A DNA stretch of 64,000 nt from Phoronis australis (lineage: Eukaryota; Animalia; Phoronida), in NCBI GenBank assembly GCA_002633005.1, contig NMRA01000501.1:257517-321516 (forward strand), given 5' to 3'. The notes under the pieces are model-generated. The model was not told the origin of the DNA, ran no database searches, and saw only the letters and a list, made by a program, of their open reading frames with translations. Of this stretch, positions 52,701-63,895 are shown piece by piece; position 1 is the stretch's first letter, and every line of letters begins with the position of its first letter. The translations under genes were made by a program, and so were the position numbers.

Positions 52701-54242
52701 TCTCCCTAAGTTTAGTAGAACTGGGCCATTGGTAGCCGCTCGTGGAACTAATTCTGTGACAATGATAGCGCGCTCACAATGTGCTATTTCAGATCACGTT
52801 CTCACACCACTTTCTGTTTTTAACCACCAGACTTGAGCCAGAGTAGACTCACGTGTAGGTATGTCTTACTTGGAAGTCACTCAGCCACACAAAAATACCT
52901 CTATTGCCACATGTAGTGGGTCGAGGGGGTCGTGGGGCGTGGGTCGAGGGGGTTGTGGGTTGATGGGGTTTTAGAATAATCCTCTAATAGGCACTCTATT
53001 ATGGATTTTAAGCAAGGACAGAGTTCAGTAAACGCGAAACTATTACAGAAATACAAGATTTCGCCATGAACTGCAAACTAGGAACCCTCCTTGTCGAAAT
53101 TCTTGATTCTACAAAACTCTACCAAGATTTAACTGGGATCTTCTTTATCTAATGAATACATCACACGTTTTAAACAGAATTACGCGCTTGAGATTTCTAG
53201 GGCTGGTATGCACAACCCAGAATGGGTTTTTGTCTGTTATACATGTATGCCATGTAGTAACCAGTAACGTCAGATGGAATTGTTTATTATGGTATCTCGA
53301 AAGGATGAGCTAGCTCCTTTTTGGGCGTCATTTTTTAGTTTCTGCAAGACCCTTTGCAGAGTGCTATTTGTTTTTCATGGGTCTGCCGGTCTTCATTGCG
53401 GCACGATTGTTGGTTTTAAGTCAGCAGGTACCTCAAATATCTAATGTAGCTCACACTTTCAATGGCATACCGTGGTAGAGGTTTTTGGAGATTTCTAGCG
53501 GACACAACACAAAACATTTAGTAATTAGTGACATGTATGGAATCACATGAACTTGCTTTTTGTGATACTTTGAATGTATGACCCAGCTCAGTTTCAGAGG
53601 GTCTTTAATGGGTTTCTGGGTGACCTTTTCCAGAGTGCAATTGTATATCTGTCATTGGTCATTCGGTGTTCAGTGCAGTACTGTTGTTCGTTTTGAATCG
53701 GGTCGGTTTTAGCTGGTATCTACATGTAGAATATCTAATCTACCTCAAATTTCCAGTGGCATACTGTGGCTGACAATTGCGGGGGTTTCTGGCGGGCACA
53801 GCCCAGAGTGTATTTTGTTTATCATGGGGCATTTGAGTGTCATGTATTGGATCACGTGGAATTGTTATTTGTGGTATCTCGAATGTACGAGCTATCTCAT
53901 TTTGAGGACTCCTTTTTGTGTTTCTGGCGGACCATCTCCAGATTACAGTTTGTCTGTCATGGATCATTCGGTGTTCACTGCGGTACTATTGTTCGTTTTA
54001 AATCAGTTAAAGCTGGTACCTCGAATTTCTAATCTAGCTCAAATTTTCAATGGCATACGACGGTTAACATTTTGGAGGTGGGGGTTTCTCGCGGGCACAT
54101 CCCACAGTGCGTTTGTCTGTCATGGGGCATTTACCGATCAGTAACATGAATTGAAAAACATGAGATTGGTTTTGTGTGGTACCTCGAATGTATGAGGTAG
54201 CTCATTTTTGCTTTCTGTCGGACCCATTCCAGACTGCAGCCC
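49726..54242. mobile_element. ~4.5 kb foldback DNA-transposon derivative, Academ-like
   Basis: Absent from the paralogous intron (~61475). Long inverted arms (~49880-51050 vs ~51990-52105 plus 52985-54237) built of ~290-bp subrepeats. Central fragment 51617-51770 reads SHEEVDTLL...ALIIASDTDVIVV, matching the HEEADT..DTDV XPG/FEN1-like motif. Confidence 0.7.
52107..52983. mobile_element. Nested MITE interrupting the right arm of the foldback element
   Basis: GGGAATTGTTCTAAAACCCC ... GGGGTTTTAGAATAATCC termini with subterminal CCCCTCGACCC / GGGTCGAGGGG arrays. Confidence 0.75.
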
Positions 54243-55773
54243 CTTCCAGGTAATTAGTTTATATACCGAAAGCAATGATTCTCAGTTAATAGCATTATGC
54301 TTTTTTCGAACATCAGGTGGCGATAGCGGTTTGAGCTGATCGCTCTGACTTCGGAAAAATCAAATTTATTCAAACATGAAGCCCTGCCATCCTATATTTT
54401 TCATAAAACCGCACATCAAATGTTTTGCCTTTTACTTCAAGCAAACGAATGACACTGTCTTCAATTTGGTTGTGTGCAGGCAGAGGGTGTGCAAAGTTAC
54501 TTTGGTGTCAACGCGTACGCCAGTCCACCTAACGGTATTCACAACCACGTGAAGAACATATGACGCTACATTGTATTATCTAGTTAAGGAGGCGTTTCCG
54601 TGTGACATTGAGTATATCAAACGGTGTCCTGCAAGCGGGAGCACGCAGGCCGACTTGAGACGTAAGTGCCTCACACGTACATGTAACATGAATTGAGTGT
54701 TTGAACGAGGGTCAAGGATCCTACGCTGTAGAAACATATATGAATCGACATGAACACGCACTTTTTCCCTACGTTTAACATTCAGTTGATTCTTAACTCT
54801 GTAAGTGCTTCCTAGTTCCTTGGTCAAATCAAGAAAGTTTTAAAGAGGTTTAAACCTGTCTTCTATTGAAATAATGAGCAAGGGCTTAGATCACGTTATC
54901 GATTGCTTCAGACCACTCTCTACAATTTAGATTGTCACGATTTGACATTCTACGCGACGAGCATGATCTTGGGGACCAACAAACTGCCAAGAAGTGCAAA
55001 CCTGCACTTTTCGCCTAAGTAATTATACATGTATCTTGATATCAATTTTACCGTGGTTAGTGGTTTAAATCAAAACTTCGTTTCTTGGACGGAACTCATG
55101 AATTTATAGCCGTTTTAAGTCGCAAAAATTGAACATTGTGTTTTTGTTCCTGTCAAGACGTTCGGGAATTTCAAAAATAACAAAGAAGAAAAAAATGTTT
55201 GGTGTTTTTCCGAAGCATGTTCACGACTTTTCTTTCATTTTTACTCAGTCTTGAAATTTTATCGGGTATGTTTTGTATTGTTTGAATTATTTTTACGTAC
55301 AGGTCTTTTTACCTATTGCAGGAGAGGAACATGCTCAGGTAATGACTTGTGGTGGAGGTGGTGATGAGGGTGGCGGTGGTGTTGGAGGGGGTGGTGGTGG
55401 CGGTGGTAGTGGAGGCGGTGATGGTGGCAAAAGTAGGTTTTGAGAACCCACATTTTCCTTATCTGTCTTTAAACGCTTCTTTTGACCATGTTTTTAGGGC
55501 ATCCTTTTGGAAAATATCCTGCACAACAAGAAAATCTGAACTCTATTTGTTATTATAATGGGTAAGGATAATCGTTCTGATGGCTTGCAAATTCAGTTGC
55601 TTTTTAGGATATCTTAGCTGTTAGACATCAACAGTGAGAATTTTCGGTCATGCAAGTCTTGCAAGTTTGCAGTTCGGGATTGGCCCCGTAGGTAATATGA
55701 AGAAGTTATCCATCCTGTCACTGTTTTGCGGGTAGTATTTAATCTTGTTTCGTTTGTTTTTGTGAAGTCACAG

Positions 55774-55905
55774 ACTGTGAGGATTCCCATCGTCAGTGCC
55801 CTCTGTGGGCAAGTGATGGCTGGTGTGATCGCTGCTCCAGCTGGATGTCCGAAAACTGTCAAGGAAGTTGTAACAAATGTAATGGCGACGGCGGCGACGG
55901 TGGTG
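55774..55905 (+). CDS. ShKT-domain exon, copy 1
   Basis: CEDSHRQCPLWASDGWCDRCSSWMSENCQGSCNKC + NGDGGDGG; fits C-x-D-x4-C-x2-WA-x2-G-x-C...M-x3-C-x2-SC-x2-C; phase 1-1. Confidence 0.85.
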
Positions 55906-58585
55906 GTGAGGGAATTCTTACGTTTGATCGGCAACGTTTTGCTAACGAATGAACAACTACACCTTTGTTAAGATTGTTCGTGATAGAAGCTTCGTTGTCA
56001 CTCATTCGAAAACCTACATGTCTCAATACCAAAATTTGTTAGAGCCTCCGTGGCATGAAAGCAATTCTCTCTATGTGCGTGCACACCAACGCCGCTTTTA
56101 ATCGTCGCCTTGATTTCTTGCTATGACCAAAATCTTGCATCAACGATACTCCTTCCTTGTAATATATAGTATTTTTAGTGTTTGTGTGATTGTAAGATCA
56201 TAACTTAATTGACGACGGTAACTGCTAGAAGATGACATCATCGACTACATTATAGACTAGTTTGGTTGCAAAGGGGTTAACCTTTGTGAGGGATGACAAC
56301 GATTAACAAAGCCTTTCGATGGTGAGCATGAGGCTTGCGACCCGTAGACGTGAGAACCTCGTGGAAACGCAAGATCACGCGAGAATACGGGTGTATCATC
56401 ATACAAGTAGAGCACGTTCCAAAAACCAGACTTCAATTCATTTTTACTTAAATCTAAGATTTTTTCAACTTCCAAAAGTTGAACCGTCCACATCTTGTAA
56501 TAAAGTCAAACTTACGTCAAATTTAAGATCACTTTCTCAGGGCTTGAAATGACCCATGTCAAAAAAGAGGAAATTTTTACCGCCCTAACTACACATTTCA
56601 ATCTAAACCATACCTCAACAGATCGAAAGTAAACATTAGTATCACAAGATGCCCTCTTAATGTGTCTGTTGGCAAAACGCACTCATCTTGAGCAGTACCT
56701 GACATCTATTTCAGCAACAACAATGAAGGCAATTAGATGCAACAAAAAATATTTTTTAGAATTAAAAAATAAAGATAATGATGAAAAATTTGCAGTATGA
56801 GTGGCAGGAGCTTATTCTTGATTTGCTGCAGGGAGACCTGTAGGCCTAGAATTATTTTCAATTCTTATTATTAACATACAAAATTACAAAAACAAAAAAA
56901 ATTGTAAATCGTTCCAAAGATTATATGGAAAGCCTGAAATACATACATACATATTTAATTCCAAAAAATTGATCAAAACGCAAATGGAAAAAAAGTCGAG
57001 ACGGAAACCTGTGGCTCATACCCCAATGGAAAAATGAAAATAAAAACACTTTAAACTATAGAATGCATCAACCACAATCCTAAGTTGGCCAAACTTTTCA
57101 GTTTCAAACAGTAATTACAGGAGTTAATTGTTCATAAGCCACGCTGGTGTAGAAGAAACTATGTGACATACGAAATAACTACCAGGACACTGAAAATAGG
57201 CTGGCGGAATTTCTGTCAAGTGATCACTTCTCTCGAACTACAAAACTCGAGTCACAAAATAGAACACGAAAATGTCAAAATAAATTGAAATACATAAACG
57301 GCAATTTAAAACACATTTGCAGTAACGAAAATAGCACTTTGTGTCCCGTTTCGGCGGCACGTAGAAAATTGCACTCAGATGGTCAGACCTAGCACTAGCA
57401 GCCAACGGCAACGGGCGTGCATGTGGGATCAAACAAAAGAATTTCATACATCACTCACATCCCACGATTCTAATCCAACGAATAACCGGTTACAGTTGAA
57501 TTTCATTTCAGGAAGCGTTATTATTTCTAGCGTTTCATCGTTTCAGTCGGTTGGAATCAAAAATGTGTACAATATTTACTAATAGGAATTAAGGCAAGAC
57601 ATTTTACTAAGAGTGTGCCGGCATCTAATGTCTTTACACTTACTCATCAATGTCACAATTTATTCTAAATTGTCATTAAATGACTGTCCTGAACACTTCG
57701 CTAGTGAAAAAAATCATAAAACATCCAACTCAGGTGTATATTTATCGTGTTTGAGACGCCCACCCATCATCGTATGCACTAACAACTGCACCGTGAACTC
57801 CCTTCAGATCGTCCACAACAACACTGTGATCAGAGTCTTTGGAATCCGTTTCACTATTAACTTCCGGTCACTGTCACGGTCACTTTCAAGTGCTAAGTCA
57901 CATTCGTTATCACTGTCAAAAGGAATTGAAACACACTTCTAAAAACTGGCCCAGTCATCACCAGGTCTTTGCTTTCAGTCATTGCAAACTCCACCAACAC
58001 ATTTTCACAAATTAACAAATATCTTCAAACTTATGGATCAGAACCATGCTGTGTAAAACATCAAAGCCAAGAGGAAAGTGTAAACTTTGAAATGGGCATA
58101 CTCACCAATCTATACAACATACAGGGCTTTCACAATTTCTTAATAAAAATCACATGTGGCCAGGGGTGAGTGCACTCGCCCACTGCACACAGCTGCACCT
58201 TATCATAAGCGAGTAAACTCGCTCACAGTACTGAAAACTATAAATGGGTTGACGACTGAACTCGTGTACAGCAAGATAAGGGATACCTCAAACCATAGGA
58301 AGACACACAGCAATACCTGACGTTTTAAACACCAAACACATGAGAGGATGAGTAATGCTGTGATTGCTTGTCCCAATTCTTTGTAGTATGTTTCGTAACG
58401 CAAGATCAGCTCATAAGCATAACGCCAGGTAATGTTTTCAGATGCTCTAAATTGACAACTGGTCGGCTGCTGAGATTATTTGGAGTTTTGATACGAAATT
58501 GGAGATTTTTTGCGCTTTAAGAAATGGATAAAGCCTAAATTATTAACGAATTTTAAGAAATGGACATCTTGTTTTTTCTTTTCAT

Positions 58586-61500
58586 ATGATGGAGAAATAC
58601 CCAGTCTTAAAGACAGGGAACGACCAGGGTCGGCCACGAACACGCACACTTGTGGTCGCGTGCGAGGAGTCCCGTCTCATCTGAGAAGTAGGTCTCACAT
58701 GGGACCGCGGGGACTAAGCTTGTTCTATCAAAAGTATACGGTGGCCTATGGTATACCGGTCTTAGGTAAGGTCTCTAGAGATCTAGGGCACGTTCCAACA
58801 AAACTGACTTAGCTAAGACAAATCTTAATAATTAGTAAATTTTAAGATAAAACTTAAATTTGTCTCGAGATTGTTTTAAGCAGGAGATCCTAAGTTTGAA
58901 TTAAGTTTTTGGTAAAAGTTCAATCTATATTTTAACTATATGACCGGATGTGGAATTTTCAAAGTATGGAAATTAAGACAAATCTTAGACTTAAGTCAAA
59001 AATGAACTTAAGTCGGTTTCTTGGAACGGGCCCCTAAACTATAGGTCATCCAGTAGTGAATAACATGGAGAAAGTTATGAATCTATAATGAACTTGTTTG
59101 AGAATATTTGGAATCATTTCTTCAGCCACTTTTAACTTTATCACACTTGCACTGCTTTTCCAGGAGATTGCCGATATTGGGTAAAGCGATGGAAAATTTA
59201 AATAATACTCGGTGCCAGGTCTACGGCAACTTTATTCTAAGTCCACCTACATGTATACTGTTCCGGGACAGATGTTAGATCCCTTAACTGCGTCGTTGAT
59301 AAGGAAATCGGTTTTCGTTCACTATTGAATACTTCGTTTTACCCACATTCGTTTTTTTAATATTTTATTCGTATAAGTCAAGCCAATTTAAGTTAATAGC
59401 AAAGTCGATAAAATTGCCCTTTCATCTAATTAGGCCCCTTGTCTGTTTCAACGAGGCCTACCTGTGGGCCATGCACTTTTTATTTTATTTTTTTTTCTTG
59501 CTTGCAATCGCAATACCTGTCCTTCTATACTTCTGGTGTGTAACTACAGTAACGTCGCGCCCTTAGACCCGTGGGCCTATATCGAAATAACGTTTTGTTT
59601 GCGGCCTTTTTACCCGAGTTGTTCTCAGATTGACGCATGCGCTTACGTTTTGCATATAAGCCCATACATTAATTCGCATTATAGGAGCTCCCGTTTTGAC
59701 TACTGCTGTGCCTCTCAAAAGCATCTTTTTGCGTTTGCCTCTGTATCTTTGGAGTTCGTACATATAGGTGAATTTTCAAGAAATTTGGCTGCTTGTATTG
59801 CCGCATTGCCGCGCCTATGGCCTATATCCAAAATAATGCTTTTTTGCACAAATGGTTTGCAAACAAGGGCAATTCTGCACATACGCCCATGGATCTAATG
59901 ACGCAGAAAGAACGTAACAGTATTCCAATTGCTGTGATGTAGATATGTATTTAATGTGTTGTATTACATTACTTTAACAGCTTCTTGCAAAACATTATCC
60001 ATATTTCGTTCAATAATCGTGCCGGTTTTACAGGATCTAGTTCCTTGAGCGACAACGCCCTGAAGAGGGCGTGTTACATCGTGCGATTCCTGTTTGCTCA
60101 CAGAAGAGACGTCCGCCAAGCGTACTACAAGCATTTCGGACGTTTCGCGCTGATAGGCGTAAGGGAAAACACAACTGATATTCCCGAGCATGCGTACTTA
60201 GGCGCAGTGTGGGCACGTAGGGCACGCGGTCTGAGCGCTACAATGACTGCGCCCGTCTCAACCGCTGGTGAAGAGAATGTGTTGTGTCATGAAGATGACA
60301 GATATAGGTAATGTTACTTGTATTACGTGATTTACATTATGGAAAAGTTTCACCACTTTTGATGTACCACTTTTCCTGCAATTCGTCTGTAGACTACGTT
60401 TCTTATAAAAAGTGGGGGTTTTCAACTGTTCCTTTGCATTTCGGCGAATACAGAAAATCTCTCAAAAGTCGTGCGCGCACGCGTTGGATCTTCGCTGATA
60501 ACACGACTGCAGTAAGACTGTCGATTTAGTTCGTTGATCTTGGTAATTTTGTCAAACGAGGTTTCGTTTTTGTTGGTTAAAACCTTTGCTCCAATTATAT
60601 TCACTTTGTGCGATTTGTTGAAAATACCTATTTCATGGTGTCTTGAATCGTAGTGTTCTGTGTTCGCCATGTCATTGAAATGCTCTTTTTGTCGCAGGAG
60701 TGAGGACCACGGACTGCATGAGTTTTCTCACGGTTACCATATCTTAGGCGCACAATTCGCCATATCTGGCTTTAACAGTCGTCTTGCAGCAGCATACAAC
60801 AGCGCTCTTTCTCGGGGACTATGGGCTAACACATACTCTTTGAGTACAGTGCAAGAATATTTTGTACGAAAACAATGTTGACCAACGTTGTATGAATCAA
60901 AATTTCATGTTATTTTTACGTTACTGGATGTCTATGTGCTTGCTCATATTTGCGTCCGGCTCCAGAGGCGCCAAGAGTAAGTTACATGCGGCGGATATTT
61001 CGGTTTATCTCTAATGCGTCGATAAACCTGATGTCAGAATCTTTAGTTCTGTTTCTTTCTCTAACAAGTTCTTTTCTCGTTCAGATGTTAACTACTTTGC
61101 CGTTTGTTACCTTGACAACACAGACTATTTAGTTTAGTTGTGAATAGACTTCCAACAAATGTGCGTAGATTTTAGACATCTGTCCATGTGAACATGAGTC
61201 GTAAGTCATAACGCCCATGGATTTTTGGGGCTGGTTCCTGCGAACAAATTTTTTGAATCCTGCACATAACTTTGTTTTAGAAAAGTACTTAGCAAAATCT
61301 TGCTAATTACATCTTGTGGCCACCATTTGCTGTTCATGCTTCGCCATGTCACTTACCACGATCCTTTCCTCGCAACTGAGTTTAGTAAGCCACACAGTTT
61401 ATTGTCCGCATCGTTGGGACGTTGAGTATTGCACATTAAAAGTCCGTGTTCTTGTCATTAAACTTACCACACCCATTGACTGGCTAACTCCAGGTCGTTA

Positions 61501-63166
61501 GTTTATGTACCCAAAGCAATGGTTTTCAATGGAAAGGTATAATGCTTTTTCTGAAAATCAGGTGGCGATAACGGTTTGAGCTGATCGCTCTGATTTCGTT
61601 TCAAAAATCAAATGTATTCAAACACGAAGCCATGTCATCCTGTATTTTTTCATAGATTTGCATACCATATATAAGTTTTTTTTTTCTTTTACTTCAAGCA
61701 AACGAATGACACTGTCTTCAATTTGGTTGTGTGCAGGCAGAGGGTGTGCAAAGTTACTTTGGTGTCAACGCGTACGCCAATCCACCCAACGGTATTCACA
61801 ACCACGTGAACACACGAGACAAACTGAGAACATATGACACTGTGTTGTATTATCTACTTAAGGAGGCGTTTCCGTGTGACATTGAGTATATCAAACGGTG
61901 TCCTGCGGACGGGAGCACGCAGGCCGACCTGAGACGTAAGTGCCTCACACGTACATGTAACATGAATTGAGAGTTTGCACGGGGGTCAAGGATCCTTTGC
62001 TGAAGAAACATACATGAATCGGCATAAACACGCAATTTTTCCCTACGTTTAACGTTCATTTAATTCTTACCTCTGTATGTGCTTCATAGTTCCTTGATCA
62101 AATGCTCCCGCGTAATCAAGAAAGTTTGTAAAGGGGATTTGAACCCTTCTTCTGTTGAAATAATGAACTAGAGTTTAGATCACGTCATTGCTTCAGACAA
62201 CTCTCTGCAATTTAGATTGTCACGATTTGACATTCTACGCGACGAGCAAGATCTTGGGGACCAACAAACTGCCAAGAAGTGCAAAACTGCAAATTACTTT
62301 TTGTCTAAGTAAGATCTTAAGTAAGAATATCTTGATATCAGTTTTACCGTGGTGAGTGGTTCAAATCAAAAATTTGCTTCTTCGACGGAACGCGCGGATT
62401 GATAGCCTCTTTAAGTCACATTAACTGAACATGATGTTATTGTTGCTGTCAACACATTCAGAAAGTTCAGAAAATATAAAAGAGTAAGAAGCTGCTAGGT
62501 GTTTTCTTCTGAAAGAATGTCAACGAATTTTCTTTCCTCTTTTTACTCAATCTTGAAATTTTATCGGGTTATGTTTTGCAGTATTTGATTTATTTTTACA
62601 TATCATTCTTTTTACCTATTGCAGAGAGGGAACAAGCACAGGTAATGAATTGTGGTGGCGGTAGTGGTGGTGGCGGTAGTGGTGGTGGTGGTAGTGGAGG
62701 CGGTGCTGGTGGCAAAAGTAGGTTTTGACAACCAACGTTTTCCTCATCTGTCTTTATACACTGCTTTTTATCCATGTCTTTGAGGGAAATCCTGTGCAAA
62801 AAAAGCCTACACAGCATGAAAATCGATCTGATGGGCGTGCCAATTCAATTGCTTTTCAGGATATCTTAACTGTTAGACATCAACTGTGTGAATTTTCGGT
62901 CATGCAGGTCTTGCAAGTTTGCAGTTCCAGATTGGTCACATAGGTAGTATTAGGAAGGCATACCCATCCTGGTACTGTCTTCCGGTAGTATTTAATCTGC
63001 TTCGTCTGTTTTTGTGCATTCACAGAGTGCGAGGATTCCCATCGTCAGTGCCCTCTGTGGGCAAGTGATGGCTGGTGTGATCGCTGCTTCACCTGGATGT
63101 ACGAAAATTGTAAAGGAAGTTGTAACACATGTAATTTCGACGGTGACGGCGGCGGCGGTGGAGGTG
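58586..63166 (+). CDS. Lethal-factor-like zinc metallopeptidase + Gly linker + ShKT, copy 2 (reading frame intact; first exon has lost its acceptor AG)
   Basis: Exons 58586-58765, 60034-60307, 60698-60863, 61737-61935, 62625-62717, 63026-63166. HEFSH, TYSLSTVQEYF|AEGVQSYFGVN..NGIHNHVNTRDKLRTYD..FPC..KRC, then QREQAQVMNC-GGGSGGGGSGGGGSGGGAGG-K, then ShKT. Acceptor reads ttcat at 58581-58585 where copy 1 has ttcag. May continue past the window. Confidence 0.8.
58786..59033. mobile_element. 248-bp PIF/Harbinger-like MITE with 3-bp TSD (CTA)
   Basis: CTA|GGGCACGTTCCAACAAAACTGACTTA ... TAAGTCGGTTTCTTGGAACGGGCCC|CTA; the paralogous site in copy 1 (AGATCTAAATTATAGG, ~47269-47284) is empty with a single CTA. 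Confidence 0.85.
63026..63166 (+). CDS. ShKT-domain exon, copy 2
   Basis: CEDSHRQCPLWASDGWCDRCFTWMYENCKGSCNTC + NFDGDGGGGGG; cacag| and |gtgagg. Confidence 0.85.
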
Positions 63167-63694
63167 GTGAGGGAATTCATAGCGTTTAGTGGGCAACTTT
63201 CTGTTCACAAACGAACAAGTACCCCATCACTAGATTGGTCGTGACAGCAGCTTCATGGTCGCTGATTTGAAGACCTACATGTCTCAAACCCGAAATATGT
63301 TCTAGCCTCCGGGGCATGAATGCGAGTCTGTGTGTGCGTCCGTGCGTGTGCGTGTGGATTATATTTATATGGCAATTAAGGTTACTGAAGTTAATTGCAT
63401 CCTCTATGTTTTCTAAAAATTCAGACATTCTCTTAAAACATAAACGAACGTAGAGTCGATAAAACTTTGATAGAAATATACGGAACATGCATGTATATGT
63501 TTTTAGAAGCAAAAGCTTGTCAAAACCAACTCAATTTCTGTCTAAGACCGACGAACAAAATCCAACTCTGTGTGCATGAAAGGTCTTTGTTGAATTTTTG
63601 TCTTTTGTCTGAACTTTGGTAGAATTTCGGGCTTAAATTGGACAAATTTTTTGTCTTAAATCTTAAACCAGTTTTCATGAAAAGGGACCGAGGA

Positions 63695-63895
63695 GTGTGA
63701 TATTGACAATGACGATGGTAATTACAATGTGCACTGGTTGTGATGATGAGATTAACGAGGACATATGGTGAGAATTATGATGACGGTGACTTTGAGAATA
63801 AATATGATAGTGTGGAGCTCAACTATGGTCTCGATGATGACTGTGGTGATGAGCATGACATTGACTGAGACAATGATGATAACGGCAATTATGAC
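63695..63895. repeat. Degenerate (GAT/GAC/GGT)n low-complexity tract
   Basis: Directly visible; explains the M/T/V-rich and I/V-rich ORFs. Confidence 0.7.

Larger units (their letters stand above)
47076..55905 (+). pseudogene. Lethal-factor-like (ATLF/M34-like) zinc metallopeptidase + Gly linker + ShKT, copy 1; frameshifted in its fourth exon
   Basis: Exons 47076-47255, 48301-48574, 48956-49121, 54480-54661, 55322-55432, 55774-55905. Motifs FYQKYTEAYGIPVLGS, ALKRACYIVRFL, RGLS..GEENVLC..DRY, HEFSH, NTYSLSTMQEYF|AEGVQSYF. Exon 4 is 17 nt shorter than in copy 2 (182 vs 199 nt), giving TGA at 54561-54563. Confidence 0.8.
46089..63345 (+). repeat. Tandem segmental duplication: 46089-~56085 vs 57586-~63345
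   Basis: Collinear introns and six exons; exons are visibly more similar than introns; copy 1 has a ~4.5 kb insertion and copy 2 a 248-bp MITE. Confidence 0.95.

Noticed and set aside
55614-55971. ORFs 55614-55934 (-) and 55726-55971 (+), and their copies near 63000
   Set aside because: Alternative frames over the ShKT exon; the third plus frame gives the recognisable Cys pattern
62596-62817. Minus-strand polyproline ORF
   Set aside because: It is the antisense of the Gly-rich linker exon, which fits the plus-strand gene in phase in both copies; the minus frame is not preserved in copy 1
46089-63345. The two peptidase copies as uncollapsed haplotypes
   Set aside because: Introns are much more diverged than in the N-flanked duplicates elsewhere in this window, there is no N between the copies, and each has private insertions
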